From Butyrivibrio sp. (GTDB taxonomy: Bacteria; Bacillota; Clostridia; Lachnospirales; Lachnospiraceae): a stretch of 60,802 bases of DNA. Below are positions 38,827 through 48,730 of this stretch, piece by piece. The notes beneath the pieces are model-generated. The model saw only the letters and a list, made by a program, of their open reading frames with translations. It did no database searches and was not told the origin of the DNA. The translations under genes were made by a program, and so were the position numbers. How positions within the stretch are numbered: position 1 is the stretch's first letter; every line of letters begins with the position of its first letter. The stretch spans positions 1-60,802 of the forward strand of contig JAILMY010000095.1 of the NCBI GenBank assembly GCA_024692165.1, in the 5' to 3' direction.

Positions 38827-40917
38827 TTACTCTGTCTTGAAAATTACTTCGTAGTGAGCCATGTTTGCATACTGATAGCAGTCAGCCCATACAAGGTTAT
38901 CAGCAAAATTCTTTAACTTGGAACTTACAAGCTGATAAGAATTCTCTGCCTTAAGGTAGGCGATAGACCAAAGGTTCTCTTTGTGGATCTGATAAATCTG
39001 ATCCTGATATGTCTCTCTCTCAGCCTCGTCTGATGTAAGACGCCACTTGTCATAGAGTTCTACAAGCTTAGCCATATCTCCTGTAGGCTCAACACCCTGA
39101 GCACCCTTTGTTGCATAGAATGTACCATACTCACCATACCACTCAGCTGCCTGTGCGATTGGAACGAATGGAGCTGCTCTATCCTTAAGTGATGCACCGC
39201 CGATAGAAGTGTGAGGTCCCATTACAGCAACCCAGTCATTGTTATCAACTGCTTCATCAAATGCTGATACTTCAAGGTTCTTAAGTGCACAGTTGATACC
39301 AACTGCCTTATAATACTGCTCAAATACAGGATATGACTCGTCTGCACTGCCATCGTAAGCAAGGAATGTGATCATGAGATCTGATCCGTCTGCAAACTTG
39401 TAGAAGCCGTCATTGCCCATTACAAGACCGCAACCCTCAAGGAGGCTCTTAGCCTTATCAACATTGTACTCAGTCCACTTTGATGTCCACTCAGCATCGT
39501 AGCCAACGTTTCCTTCTGCAGGAGCGCACTGACCAGGCTCAAGGAATCCATCTGTAAGAAGCTGTGATACCTGATCTCTGTCAACGCAGATGCTCATTGC
39601 CTCTCTGAAATCAGAATTAGCAAAGAGTGTTGCATAGTTCTCGTCTGTATTTGTGTAGTTAAATGTGATCTGATATGCACCCCAGTTTGTTGTGCCCCAC
39701 TCACGAAGAGTAGCTGCGTCGCCAAGGTCTGCAAGTGTAGCCGAAATATCCTGCATTGCGATCTCAATTACATCAATCTCGCCTGAACGGAACATAAGAA
39801 GATCCTGTCCCTCTTCAGATGTGGTATTGAAGTGAAGAGCATCAACATAAGGAAGCTGATTTCCTGCTGCATCAACCTTCCAGAAGTAAGGGTTGCGATC
39901 CATGATACAAAGTGTATCGTCCTTGGAGCTGTTACCTGGAACAGTTGAAAGAACAAATGAATTAAGTGTAGGGATTCCTGATGTGTTCCAGAAGTTGTAG
40001 GCAACAGCCTTACCAAGATCCTTAACTGTAGCAGCGTCGATATTCTTCTTCTGTGCGTTTGAAAGAACGTCTTCCTCAGAAAGTCCTGTGGACTGCCAAT
40101 ACTCATTCTCTACATATGGGAAGTCCTCAGAATCAGGAATAAGGTCTGCAAGGTAATGAGCAGGAGCCCAGCACCACTTGAAGTCACCGTTCTCAATGAA
40201 GTCTGCAGGGTACTTAGGATTTACGAAGGTCCATGTTACTGTGTAATCATCAACCTTTGTAAGAACAGCCCATGCGTCCTCTCCGTCAACTTCTTCCTTA
40301 AGTGCACTCCAACCGCTCTTCTTGCTGTCGAAGTTTGAAAGGTGGCACATATAGTACCAGAATGTGATGTCATCAGCGTTGAAATCTTCGCCATCTGACC
40401 ACTTCATGCCCTCTCTAAGTTTGAATGTCCAAACTGTGTAGTCATCGTTGTGCTCAAATGACTTGATAACGTTTGGATAGTAAGAACCATCTGTATTGTA
40501 GCGGATGATTGACTCAAGTGATGGTCTTGAAAGCCCCCATCCACCACCTGCAGGTCCGAGATTGATAACTCCGCCGTATGTACCAACTTCAAGAGCTCCA
40601 CCTGTAGCATCAACACTCTCAACAAAAACATTATCTGTGTTAGGAATTCTTTCCTCTACTGCAGGAAGTTTTCCTGATGCAACCTGATCAGCAAGCATAG
40701 GTGCTTCTGAGTAACCCTCAACCTTAACCTCTTCTGTTGATGCTGCGATATCTGTAGTCGCTTCTGTAGTAGTCTCTGTTGTCTGTGTTTCTGTAGAAGC
40801 CGTAGTGTCAGTTGGCTGACTTGGTGTAGCAGCTCCTCCGCAACCTGCGAGCATTGTCATGGCTGTAGCAGCTGCTAAAGCCAATGAAACTGCTTTTGAG
40901 TTCATTTTCCTTCTCAT
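38827..40917 (-). CDS. Family 5 ABC substrate-binding lipoprotein, probably oligosaccharide-binding
   Basis: Lipobox LAGC, Thr-rich linker, EAPMLA..GKLPAVEERIP, LREGMKWSDG, RNPYFWKVDAAGNQLPYVD. These motifs are typical of the sugar-binding Opp-like subgroup. Confidence 0.9.
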   Translation of the reverse strand: MRRKMNSKAVSLALAAATAMTMLAGCGGAATPSQPTDTTASTETQTTETTTEATTDIAASTEEVKVEGYSEAPMLADQVASGKLPAVEERIPNTDNVFVESVDATGGALEVGTYGGVINLGPAGGGWGLSRPSLESIIRYNTDGSYYPNVIKSFEHNDDYTVWTFKLREGMKWSDGEDFNADDITFWYYMCHLSNFDSKKSGWSALKEEVDGEDAWAVLTKVDDYTVTWTFVNPKYPADFIENGDFKWCWAPAHYLADLIPDSEDFPYVENEYWQSTGLSEEDVLSNAQKKNIDAATVKDLGKAVAYNFWNTSGIPTLNSFVLSTVPGNSSKDDTLCIMDRNPYFWKVDAAGNQLPYVDALHFNTTSEEGQDLLMFRSGEIDVIEIAMQDISATLADLGDAATLREWGTTNWGAYQITFNYTNTDENYATLFANSDFREAMSICVDRDQVSQLLTDGFLEPGQCAPAEGNVGYDAEWTSKWTEYNVDKAKSLLEGCGLVMGNDGFYKFADGSDLMITFLAYDGSADESYPVFEQYYKAVGINCALKNLEVSAFDEAVDNNDWVAVMGPHTSIGGASLKDRAAPFVPIAQAAEWYGEYGTFYATKGAQGVEPTGDMAKLVELYDKWRLTSDEAERETYQDQIYQIHKENLWSIAYLKAENSYQLVSSKLKNFADNLVWADCYQYANMAHYEVIFKTE

Positions 40918-40958
40918 AATTCCTCCTTTTTGCTTTCGCTATACCTTACGATATAGAT

Positions 40959-41032
40959 ATTTTATCAAAGTGCCTGTCCTCAAAATAGCCGTTTTTTTTG
41001 CTTTTTTGCAAAAAACATTGCATTTTTTGTTC
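40959..41032 (-). promoter_or_regulatory. Promoter of the Opp-type ABC operon: extended -10 plus upstream 22-nt motif
   Basis: Minus strand TGATAAAAT (-10 at 40964-40959), no good -35, and motif AAAAACATTGCATTTTTTGTTC at 41011-41032. Confidence 0.6.
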
Positions 41033-41035
41033 TCG

Positions 41036-42190
41036 TCATTTGTAAAGCTTTTTATAAAGCTCTTTTAAGACTTCAGCGTCCAGATCTCTTCTGGTGTTGG
41101 ATGGGCTTCCGCTTATCATTGCATCCTCTGCCATCTTGTCTATCTGAGCAAAAAACTTATCCTTCGGAATTCCATATTTCTCGAGACTTGGAACCTGGCA
41201 GATATCACAGATCTTTTTGATCTCTATCATGAAGCTGTCAGCAGCCTTATCCTCAGAATCTGAATCCTTGGCGACTCCGATAGCCCTGGCCATATCAGCG
41301 AATCTGCTCTTTGCCCCTTTCTTCGCATACTCAAGGCAAACCGTCAGGAGCATGGCATTAGATATTCCGTGAGGAACATGGAAAAGAGCTCCAATCGGTC
41401 TGCTCATTCCATGAACCAGAGTGACGCTGGAATTATTAAAGGCCATGCCGGCTTCCAGCGCCGCAATTGACATCTGGCGCCTTGCCACTTCATTTCCACC
41501 TTCTCTGTAGGCAAGAGGCAGATAGTTGAAAATCCTCTTTATTGCAGATAATGCCAAGGTATCCGTAAGTGGTTGTGCCTTCTTGGATGTATAAGCCTCA
41601 ACGGCATGAGTTAACGCATCCAGACCTGTAGAAGCTGTCATTTTTGGCGGAAGCGTTATTGTCAGCTCCGGATCAATGATTGCTACATCAGGCATCAGCT
41701 GCACTCCCTTAAGAAGCATCTTTACGCCGGTATCCACATCAGAGATGATGGTAAACTGTGTTGCCTCTGAGCCAGTTCCGGCTGTTGTAGGAATGGCGAT
41801 CATTTTCGCCTTAATGCCCTTTATCTCTTTTCCCATGTAATCGGATAACTTACCGGGATTTGCATCCATGGCGGCTACTGCCTTCATGATATCCAGTGCA
41901 CTTCCTCCACCAATTCCTATAAGAAAGTCACAGCCCTCTTTCCTATAAATAAAAAGAGCATCCTCAATCATTACATTTGTAGGTTCTCCGAGAAAATTGT
42001 CATAGATTGCATGTGCAATGCCCTTCTGCTCCAGAACATCTGCAATAGCCTTTACCTTACCTAGCTTTTCAGTGATCTGATCGCAGACGATAAGTGCTTT
42101 TTTCCCAAAGCCATCAACATATTTAGTTAATTCGCCAAGACTGCCCTTTCCGGTCACAATCTTTTCAGGCGCTATGAATAAATTGGCCAT
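41036..42190 (-). CDS. Iron-containing alcohol dehydrogenase
   Basis: GIGGGSALD, IPTTAGTGSE, DALTHAVE, HGMS..HVPHG. Confidence 0.92.
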   Translation of the reverse strand: MANLFIAPEKIVTGKGSLGELTKYVDGFGKKALIVCDQITEKLGKVKAIADVLEQKGIAHAIYDNFLGEPTNVMIEDALFIYRKEGCDFLIGIGGGSALDIMKAVAAMDANPGKLSDYMGKEIKGIKAKMIAIPTTAGTGSEATQFTIISDVDTGVKMLLKGVQLMPDVAIIDPELTITLPPKMTASTGLDALTHAVEAYTSKKAQPLTDTLALSAIKRIFNYLPLAYREGGNEVARRQMSIAALEAGMAFNNSSVTLVHGMSRPIGALFHVPHGISNAMLLTVCLEYAKKGAKSRFADMARAIGVAKDSDSEDKAADSFMIEIKKICDICQVPSLEKYGIPKDKFFAQIDKMAEDAMISGSPSNTRRDLDAEVLKELYKKLYK

Positions 42191-42292
42191 ATAACCCCCT
42201 GTAATTACAGACTTTCCATATTCGCCCCCGCGCAGGATATTAAATCTTGTTATATAACATATATATTTTATTTAATTGTCATTAAGCACTGA

Positions 42293-43957
42293 TCAGAAGT
42301 TACTTCTCATATTTCTGATGCTGATGGTGTGATCAAAGCCTGTATAATCTGTGAAATAGAGGGTTGATGAGCCTGCATTTGTAAGCTCGGAGTCCTCTTT
42401 TCCCTCCATAAATCTGTGAGTTCCGAAGGCCGGGCCGATTGTGAGCATGTCCTTGTTGTTGGAAACGGTAACCATGTTATCCTTGGCGATAATTGTCTCG
42501 TTCCCGTGAAGAGCTGTAGCAAGGTGCTCGTTCTCCATGAAGTTTGCTCCTGTAAGAGACATCTCAATTCTCCAGGGAGCACCGTCGACGCCGCTGGTCT
42601 TAACCCTTACGTCAATACCGTCCTTGTCTTTACTATCAGATACCCAGACATCGATGTTCATGTCAGGCCCCATCTTCTTGTCTCTGCTTGCGTTATCCAT
42701 CTGCCACCAGTCATTGGTCTCAGGGATTTTGTCCTCACTCCAGGGCAGGTAATACCAGCCGTGCATGGTCTGATGAAGGTGGAATACTCCATCCTTCTCT
42801 TCCATGGTCTCGGACTTGAAGGCTCTGTGCTCACAGAAGCTGCCGGCAACCTTCATTTCAAGCTTTATTGTCCCGTCATTGAAATACAGGAAGTTTGACT
42901 TGCCGTTCATCACTGTGTATGTGTATCTTCCCGTTTTATTCCTTGAAATGCCTGAATTTTTGTAGAATACGTGGTAATCAGGATCCTTATAGAGTCCGTC
43001 ATGCTCAGCGCTTCTCCACTGTGGATAGCGCATGAAGTCTATGAGACAATCCGGTCCGTGAAGGTTCTTTTTCTGGCAGATATCAATGATGGTATTGAGC
43101 ATCTCATAGAACTCCGGGATATCGTGCCTTTCCGCCATAAGCATGTACTCTGTGTAGTAATCTGTAGGGTACATGAGGCGGTCTTTGTCAAATCGTGTTG
43201 AATTGGCTGTAAATACTGATCCGTCCGGCTCCCAGTAATGAAGCATCATGTGAAGATTTCTTACCACATGATCCTCGTAGGATGCATCCCCGGTTGCCTC
43301 CGCCAGTGTGATCATGGCGTCGTTGTTTACCCTGTTGTAGTTGCCGGCAGATTTCTCGGCATATTCGCCGTCTTCGTTGCAATCAATGCCTTCTGCCAGG
43401 TACTTCCTTGCACAAACCGCCATATCCTCGTTGTTATAAATCTTGGAACACTCCATAAGGGTTGATGCAATGGCCCATCTGTGATTAGGAGTATGGAAGC
43501 CTCCTGTCATGATGCCGTGGGCCGCTTTCTCGATAATATCGTTAAGGATTGTGAATATCTCATTCTCCTCTTTAGTTCTCTTATCCCCTACCACATCTCT
43601 TAAGTAAAAGAAATGTGACATTATCTTCTTTATGCAAAAAGCAGTGTCGGGAGCTGAACTGAAATTGCAGGTCACATAATCGTAAAGTCCGCTATCCAGC
43701 TGCATTTTTCCGGCAAAGCCAAGGCCACCCATAATCCTCTTAAAAAGCTTCTCGTCTCTGTAAAGCTTGCTGTCGCTGTTGCAGTAAAGAGCGATCATTG
43801 ATGCTGTGCGATAGATTGTAAACTTGGCATCGAGAATGTGATTATTGTCCAAAAATGCGCCATAGTTCTCATCTTTCTCATCCATGATCTGCCTGCACAT
43901 GGACTCGTAAACCAGCTCCTCTGTATCCTGTAAAATAAACTGATAATGCTTTTCCAT
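42293..43957 (-). CDS. Hypothetical cytoplasmic protein, possibly heparinase II/III-like (alpha-toroid plus beta-sandwich)
   Basis: Long ORF in an operon with GH105 and ROK. Helical N-terminal half with HTPNHRW and DGEYAEKSAGNY, beta-rich C-terminal half. The CDS is secure; the fold is inferred. Confidence 0.6.
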   Translation of the reverse strand: MEKHYQFILQDTEELVYESMCRQIMDEKDENYGAFLDNNHILDAKFTIYRTASMIALYCNSDSKLYRDEKLFKRIMGGLGFAGKMQLDSGLYDYVTCNFSSAPDTAFCIKKIMSHFFYLRDVVGDKRTKEENEIFTILNDIIEKAAHGIMTGGFHTPNHRWAIASTLMECSKIYNNEDMAVCARKYLAEGIDCNEDGEYAEKSAGNYNRVNNDAMITLAEATGDASYEDHVVRNLHMMLHYWEPDGSVFTANSTRFDKDRLMYPTDYYTEYMLMAERHDIPEFYEMLNTIIDICQKKNLHGPDCLIDFMRYPQWRSAEHDGLYKDPDYHVFYKNSGISRNKTGRYTYTVMNGKSNFLYFNDGTIKLEMKVAGSFCEHRAFKSETMEEKDGVFHLHQTMHGWYYLPWSEDKIPETNDWWQMDNASRDKKMGPDMNIDVWVSDSKDKDGIDVRVKTSGVDGAPWRIEMSLTGANFMENEHLATALHGNETIIAKDNMVTVSNNKDMLTIGPAFGTHRFMEGKEDSELTNAGSSTLYFTDYTGFDHTISIRNMRSNF

Positions 43958-43968
43958 AAAAATCTCCT

Positions 43969-44973
43969 TTACATCTTATCCACCAGCGCAGCTCCGATTA
44001 TTCCCACATCTCCGCTGTCTGAAATGCCCCTGGCAAGCGTAATCTGTGTATTTACCTTGCTGGTTCTTGAGTAGATATCTCTTGCCACTTTCTCTTTTAC
44101 CTTATCCAGGAAAAGATCTGCAGCTCTGGTTATTCCTCCGCTTAAAACTATTACATCCGGCTGAAGAATATTGATGAGATTTGTAAGGCCCTCTGCCAGA
44201 TAGTTGCAGTAGCCATCCAAAACATCTATGGCTACCGCATCTCCGGCCTTTGCAGCACCAAAGAATTTCTCTCCATCAAGGTCTTCTGCGGTTTCAATGT
44301 CCTTCCACAAAAGGGACTCCTTTCCCTCCGGGCTCTTCAAAGCCTCTTTTGCCTGCTCCACCAGAGCGGTAGCAGATGCATAATCCTCAAAACAGCCCTT
44401 TCTGCCGCAGTTGCAATCACAGCCGTCAATGTTAATGGACATATGCCCGAATTCAGCCGCCGCATAGTTGCAGCCTCTAAGGAGCTTGCCGTTTATGATC
44501 ATTCCGCCGCCAATTCCGGTCCCCAGCGTTACCATTACAAAAACGGGCACATTATAGCCGCCCGTTATGTACTCTCCGATAGCTGCAGCGTTGGCATCAT
44601 TCTCAAAATACGTCTTCTCTGCAAGCTCAGGTCCCAGCACCTTTTTCAGCTCTGTGAGAAAAGGGACGTCCTCAAAGCCAAGGTTATTGGCATACAGAAT
44701 TTTTCCTGTATCAAGCTCCGCTGTTCCGGGAACACCGATGCCTATGGTCTCAATAAGATCATAGGACTTTATATCCTTCTCCGAAGCATTCTCTGCAGCC
44801 TCTGACAAACCTGCTATCAGCTCCCAGATTCCTTCCGCGATAGCCTCTATCATCTCTTGGGGATTGCTGTTTTCGCTGGTCTTTATGCTTTTTTTCTCTA
44901 TGATTCTGTAGGATTCATCAACCACGCCCATGGCTATGTTGGTGCCGCCTACATCGATTCCTATTCTGTACAT
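43969..44973 (-). CDS. ROK family sugar kinase
   Basis: IGIDVGGT, ENDANAAAIGE, TLGTGIGGG, EFGH..CNCGRKGCFE; no N-terminal HTH. Confidence 0.92.
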   Translation of the reverse strand: MYRIGIDVGGTNIAMGVVDESYRIIEKKSIKTSENSNPQEMIEAIAEGIWELIAGLSEAAENASEKDIKSYDLIETIGIGVPGTAELDTGKILYANNLGFEDVPFLTELKKVLGPELAEKTYFENDANAAAIGEYITGGYNVPVFVMVTLGTGIGGGMIINGKLLRGCNYAAAEFGHMSINIDGCDCNCGRKGCFEDYASATALVEQAKEALKSPEGKESLLWKDIETAEDLDGEKFFGAAKAGDAVAIDVLDGYCNYLAEGLTNLINILQPDVIVLSGGITRAADLFLDKVKEKVARDIYSRTSKVNTQITLARGISDSGDVGIIGAALVDKM

Positions 44974-46058
44974 GTGAGCACCTCAAGAAGGAACAACATT
45001 GCAAGAGCCTGACCGTATGGCATTGGCCTTATTTCAATCTCCTTGTAGAAGTCCTTGCTCTCTCTTCCCATTGGAGTTCCGTAGGATACCTGATTAACAG
45101 TTCCATCCTCGGAGATCAGCTTAAGGATTGGCTCAAGGGCCTTCAGACCCACTTCTTTATACTTTTCATCAATTAGTCCAAGACGTACTGCCTTTAAGAT
45201 TCCGTAACCAAATCCACAGGTAGCGCTGGCTTCCACATAGGATGTAGGATCATCCACCAGGGTGTGCCACATTCCGCTTTCATCCTGAAATTTCTCAAGG
45301 GCCTCAACCTGTCCCAAAAGAGCTTCTGTAAGGAATCTCCTGTCTGCTCCCTGTATATCAGCAAAAGAGAGATACTCCGGAACTGCGATCGTAAACCAGC
45401 AGTTTCCTCTTCCCCAAAGGCCCTCTGCGAAGTTATTCTTCTCAAGGAAGGTCCAGCCGTGGAACAAAAGACCGGTCTTGTGATCCACCAGATATTTGAT
45501 ATGTAACAGGAACTGATATCTTGCCTCTTCTCTGTAGGCGTCGTTATCCTCAATTTCTCCCATTACAGCAAGAAACATAACTGTCATGAAAAGAGTATCG
45601 TCCCAAAGCTCGCCTGTGTTCTCCGTATCAGAGGTCCTGTGCTGCAATCCGCCTTCTTTGGTTCTGGCAAAATCATTCATGATGGCCTCAGCCCACTCAT
45701 GGCAAACCTCTGCATATTTGGGATTCTTATTCTTCTTCATCAGGCAGGCCAGTGTCAGCATCGGTGCACAGGTATTGATATTTTTAGCCGGAAGTCCAAG
45801 AGAAATTTCCTTGTCATAGAACTCATAAAGGAAATCGATGTATTCATCACTTCCCAGCTCTTTTGCCAACTGATACAGTCCGTAAAGACCCACACCCTGT
45901 GTCCACTCCCAGTGCTGGTATCTTGAAATATCATCTCCTGCCAGATTCTTGGTCTTCATATTCTCGAGAAATTTATCATCATCCTCGTACAGGAACTTTT
46001 GGAAACTCTTAGCCAAAACCTCCAGAACTGACAAAATCTGATCTCTCTCCACTTTCAT
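44961..46058 (-). CDS. Unsaturated glucuronyl/rhamnogalacturonyl hydrolase (GH105)
   Basis: WEWTQGV, LWDDTLFM, HGW..WGRGNCW, QDESGMWHT, YVEASAT, YGQA. Confidence 0.9.
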   Translation of the reverse strand: MKVERDQILSVLEVLAKSFQKFLYEDDDKFLENMKTKNLAGDDISRYQHWEWTQGVGLYGLYQLAKELGSDEYIDFLYEFYDKEISLGLPAKNINTCAPMLTLACLMKKNKNPKYAEVCHEWAEAIMNDFARTKEGGLQHRTSDTENTGELWDDTLFMTVMFLAVMGEIEDNDAYREEARYQFLLHIKYLVDHKTGLLFHGWTFLEKNNFAEGLWGRGNCWFTIAVPEYLSFADIQGADRRFLTEALLGQVEALEKFQDESGMWHTLVDDPTSYVEASATCGFGYGILKAVRLGLIDEKYKEVGLKALEPILKLISEDGTVNQVSYGTPMGRESKDFYKEIEIRPMPYGQALAMLFLLEVLTCTE

Positions 46059-46081
46059 TTGCTACCTCTTTTCATTTCATT

Positions 46082-46093
46082 TATACTAATTTC
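46082..46093 (+). promoter_or_regulatory. -10 box directly upstream of the araC ATG (leaderless promoter)
   Basis: TATACT at 46082-46087, 6 nt, then ATG 46094; no Shine-Dalgarno sequence. Confidence 0.55.
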
Positions 46094-46999
46094 ATGCTTA
46101 TAAACGATAATATCTATTACGAAGACAATCATTATATAATCATCAACAACATCCCAAACGGTATCTATTACTACATTGACTATGACAAAAGGGATGCCTC
46201 GGTAAATATGGAATTCCAGCATTTGCATCCATATTACGAGATTTTGTTTTTACTAGCGCCAAGTGCCTCTCATCTGATCGAGGGTGTTCCTTATAACCTT
46301 CGCTCCGGTGACTTTGTACTTCTGGCGCCTTCTGTGATGCACAAATCCGTTTACTACAAGGGTGAACCCAGTAAACGTGTCATTATCGACTTCATGTATC
46401 CCATGAACAATCCTGATACTGCCGAAGCCTACAAGGAAATCCTGTCACCCTTTAACAATGACATTCCCATCTTCAGATTTGATTTTGAAGATCAGAAAAA
46501 GCTTACTGACATCCTGAACAACCTGTTTCTCTTTTCCAAAGATCATAAGTATTACGGAAATCCGCCGGACGAGTTCTATATTCACACTAAGTTCCAGGAA
46601 TTCCTTTATACTCTTTATGAACTCAAGGACAGGAATCAGTACACAAATGAGCAGTCCTACAACTCCATTGAGCAGAAAATGTATGAGGTTTCCTCCTATA
46701 TCCATTCCCACTACAATGAGGACATCTCTCTGGAATCCCTTTCTGAGAACTTTTTCATCAGTTCCAGCTACTTATCCAGAGAATTTAAGCAGGTTACGGG
46801 CTTCAACCTTTCCAATTACATTCAGCTCACCAGGATCAAAAACGCACAGTACCGACTGGTGTCCAGCACCGACAAGATATCTATCATTGCTCAGGAGTGC
46901 GGATTTTCATCCTTCTCCCAGTTCAACAGGGTGTTCAACAAGATTGCCGGCACCTCTCCAAGAGAGTACAGGCAGGCAACAACTATCGGCAAAAAATAA
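46094..46999 (+). CDS. AraC family transcriptional regulator (cupin plus HTH)
   Basis: HLHPYYE cupin motif; YIHSHYNEDISLESLS..SYLSREFK..IAQECGFSSFSQFNRVF. Confidence 0.93.
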   Translation: MLINDNIYYEDNHYIIINNIPNGIYYYIDYDKRDASVNMEFQHLHPYYEILFLLAPSASHLIEGVPYNLRSGDFVLLAPSVMHKSVYYKGEPSKRVIIDFMYPMNNPDTAEAYKEILSPFNNDIPIFRFDFEDQKKLTDILNNLFLFSKDHKYYGNPPDEFYIHTKFQEFLYTLYELKDRNQYTNEQSYNSIEQKMYEVSSYIHSHYNEDISLESLSENFFISSSYLSREFKQVTGFNLSNYIQLTRIKNAQYRLVSSTDKISIIAQECGFSSFSQFNRVFNKIAGTSPREYRQATTIGKK

Positions 47000-48701
47000 C
47001 CGGATTGCTGATGGCCATGTTGGTGCAGTCATCCTGTACAACAAAGTACATATAATTATCGTCCAAAGCGGCTTCTTTAAGGCTCAAACTGTAGTCATAG
47101 AAGCCGTTTTCTTTTTGTCCCGTAAGCGGAATCTCTTTGCGAACTCCGTTTTCAGTGCAGATCTGGAGCTTCTTCAGCTCTCTGTTGGCAAGAATCTTAA
47201 GTTCAATACCAAACTCTGCGTTATTATCCGCAACCTTAAGTCTCTCTCCGGGAAGCTTTCCGTTTACCTTGGGAACCAGGATCGGTCCGTTGGTCAAAAA
47301 GCTGTTTCCCTTCCTGAGAGTATTCAGGATATTCGCTGAATTATGAGTAGCTGCAGCCGGCTGTGTGGCGTCAAAGTATACATATGTCCTTACGCAGCCA
47401 CTGGTAAGGCAGGTTTCAGCCCACTTTTCAAGGATTGGAAGGAGTTTTTCTCCGATTTCCAGCATAGTGTGGGTCTCATCCGCAAACTCTTTTTCCAGTT
47501 CATCCCTGCTCTCCTTGATGGTGTCAAGAGTATCCAGCACACGATCAAAAAGAATGTGATAATCATCCGCGCAGATATTGTGAGTATCACTACCTGTGGT
47601 TGCCGGTAAAAACAGGCCCTTCTGCATACATCTGTGCCAGAGATCCCTGGCTGCATCATTGGTACTACCACTCATCATAGGATTTGAGCCGTTCCATATC
47701 TCCATGGTCTCAAAAATATCAAGCATATCCTCAAAATCAGGATTCCAGGAGATTGCTTTCTGAAGGTCTCTCGGATGATTGATCTGGGCAAGACCGCCGT
47801 TTTCCTTTATCTCATCGGTAATCCTTACGAACTCATTTCTGAGATATTCATCGGTCCTGTCCTCAGGCTCAGGAATTGCATATATCACATCCTTGGGCAC
47901 TCCCATGGCCATTACATGACCGTTTGATGTGGAAATTTCCTTGGAAATGATAGGCACGAAATCATCTCTCTTCATTGCCTTCCAGGCCGGATGCTGCAAA
48001 ATAATGTGATGATCCGAAAGCGCACCGTAGGCCAGGCCCATAGCCATCATTGAATTGGCGATTTCCTGAGGAGTCTCCACCACATCATCGTCTCCTCCAA
48101 AGGTAGGGCTTGAATAAACGCAGTGGTGATGAAGTTCTCCTGCCATCCATCCATCTTCCTCCATGTTAACGAAGCGGTTCAGCTCATAGCCTATTCTGGT
48201 GAGTTTATTCTCCTCTATTTCAATAGCATCTGTTATTATTTCATATTCGCTTCCTTTGGATATCTCAACCACATATCTTCCGGGAGTGAGCTTTCTGGAT
48301 AAGCATCCGTCAAAGCCCGTCATATCGCGAATCATTGTGATCTTGCCATTTACTCTGTCAAATGTCTCCGGAGTTTCACCTTCCAGAAGCTTAAACAGTT
48401 TAACCTGTGCCGGAGTTCCAAGGCCTCCAATCTTTGTTTCTACAAACAGGTTGCCCAGAGAACCACTACGGTCAACAATTCCGTTAAAGTGGAATCTGTT
48501 TCTGTCGTTTTTCCCGTCGAAATCAACCTCGTTTGTCCTTATCTTCTTGTCATCAACATACTTCTCATTGACAAGCTTAGTAAACTTATAGAGTTTATCT
48601 GCATCCATGGCATCAACAGCCGGGTCCGATCTGCCCTCGTCTCTGTTGAGACCCTGTAAAAGACCTATGGCTATACTTAAAAACTTGGTTTCCTTACTCA
48701 T
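46983..48701 (-). CDS. PHP-domain metallohydrolase (CehA/McbA-like)
   Basis: GELHHHCVYS, LSDHH, EISTSNGH, INHPR, EIWNG, GSDTH, G.SFLTNGP; no signal peptide. Confidence 0.82.
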   Translation of the reverse strand: MSKETKFLSIAIGLLQGLNRDEGRSDPAVDAMDADKLYKFTKLVNEKYVDDKKIRTNEVDFDGKNDRNRFHFNGIVDRSGSLGNLFVETKIGGLGTPAQVKLFKLLEGETPETFDRVNGKITMIRDMTGFDGCLSRKLTPGRYVVEISKGSEYEIITDAIEIEENKLTRIGYELNRFVNMEEDGWMAGELHHHCVYSSPTFGGDDDVVETPQEIANSMMAMGLAYGALSDHHIILQHPAWKAMKRDDFVPIISKEISTSNGHVMAMGVPKDVIYAIPEPEDRTDEYLRNEFVRITDEIKENGGLAQINHPRDLQKAISWNPDFEDMLDIFETMEIWNGSNPMMSGSTNDAARDLWHRCMQKGLFLPATTGSDTHNICADDYHILFDRVLDTLDTIKESRDELEKEFADETHTMLEIGEKLLPILEKWAETCLTSGCVRTYVYFDATQPAAATHNSANILNTLRKGNSFLTNGPILVPKVNGKLPGERLKVADNNAEFGIELKILANRELKKLQICTENGVRKEIPLTGQKENGFYDYSLSLKEAALDDNYMYFVVQDDCTNMAISNPVIFCR

Positions 48702-48730
48702 TTACATCTCTCCATAATTATGTCTTAACG

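Noticed and set aside
46617-47339. 240-aa plus-strand ORF overlapping araC and the PHP gene
   Set aside because: Ser/Pro/Arg-rich off-frame composition, no SD or motif, and fully overlapping two well-supported genes.
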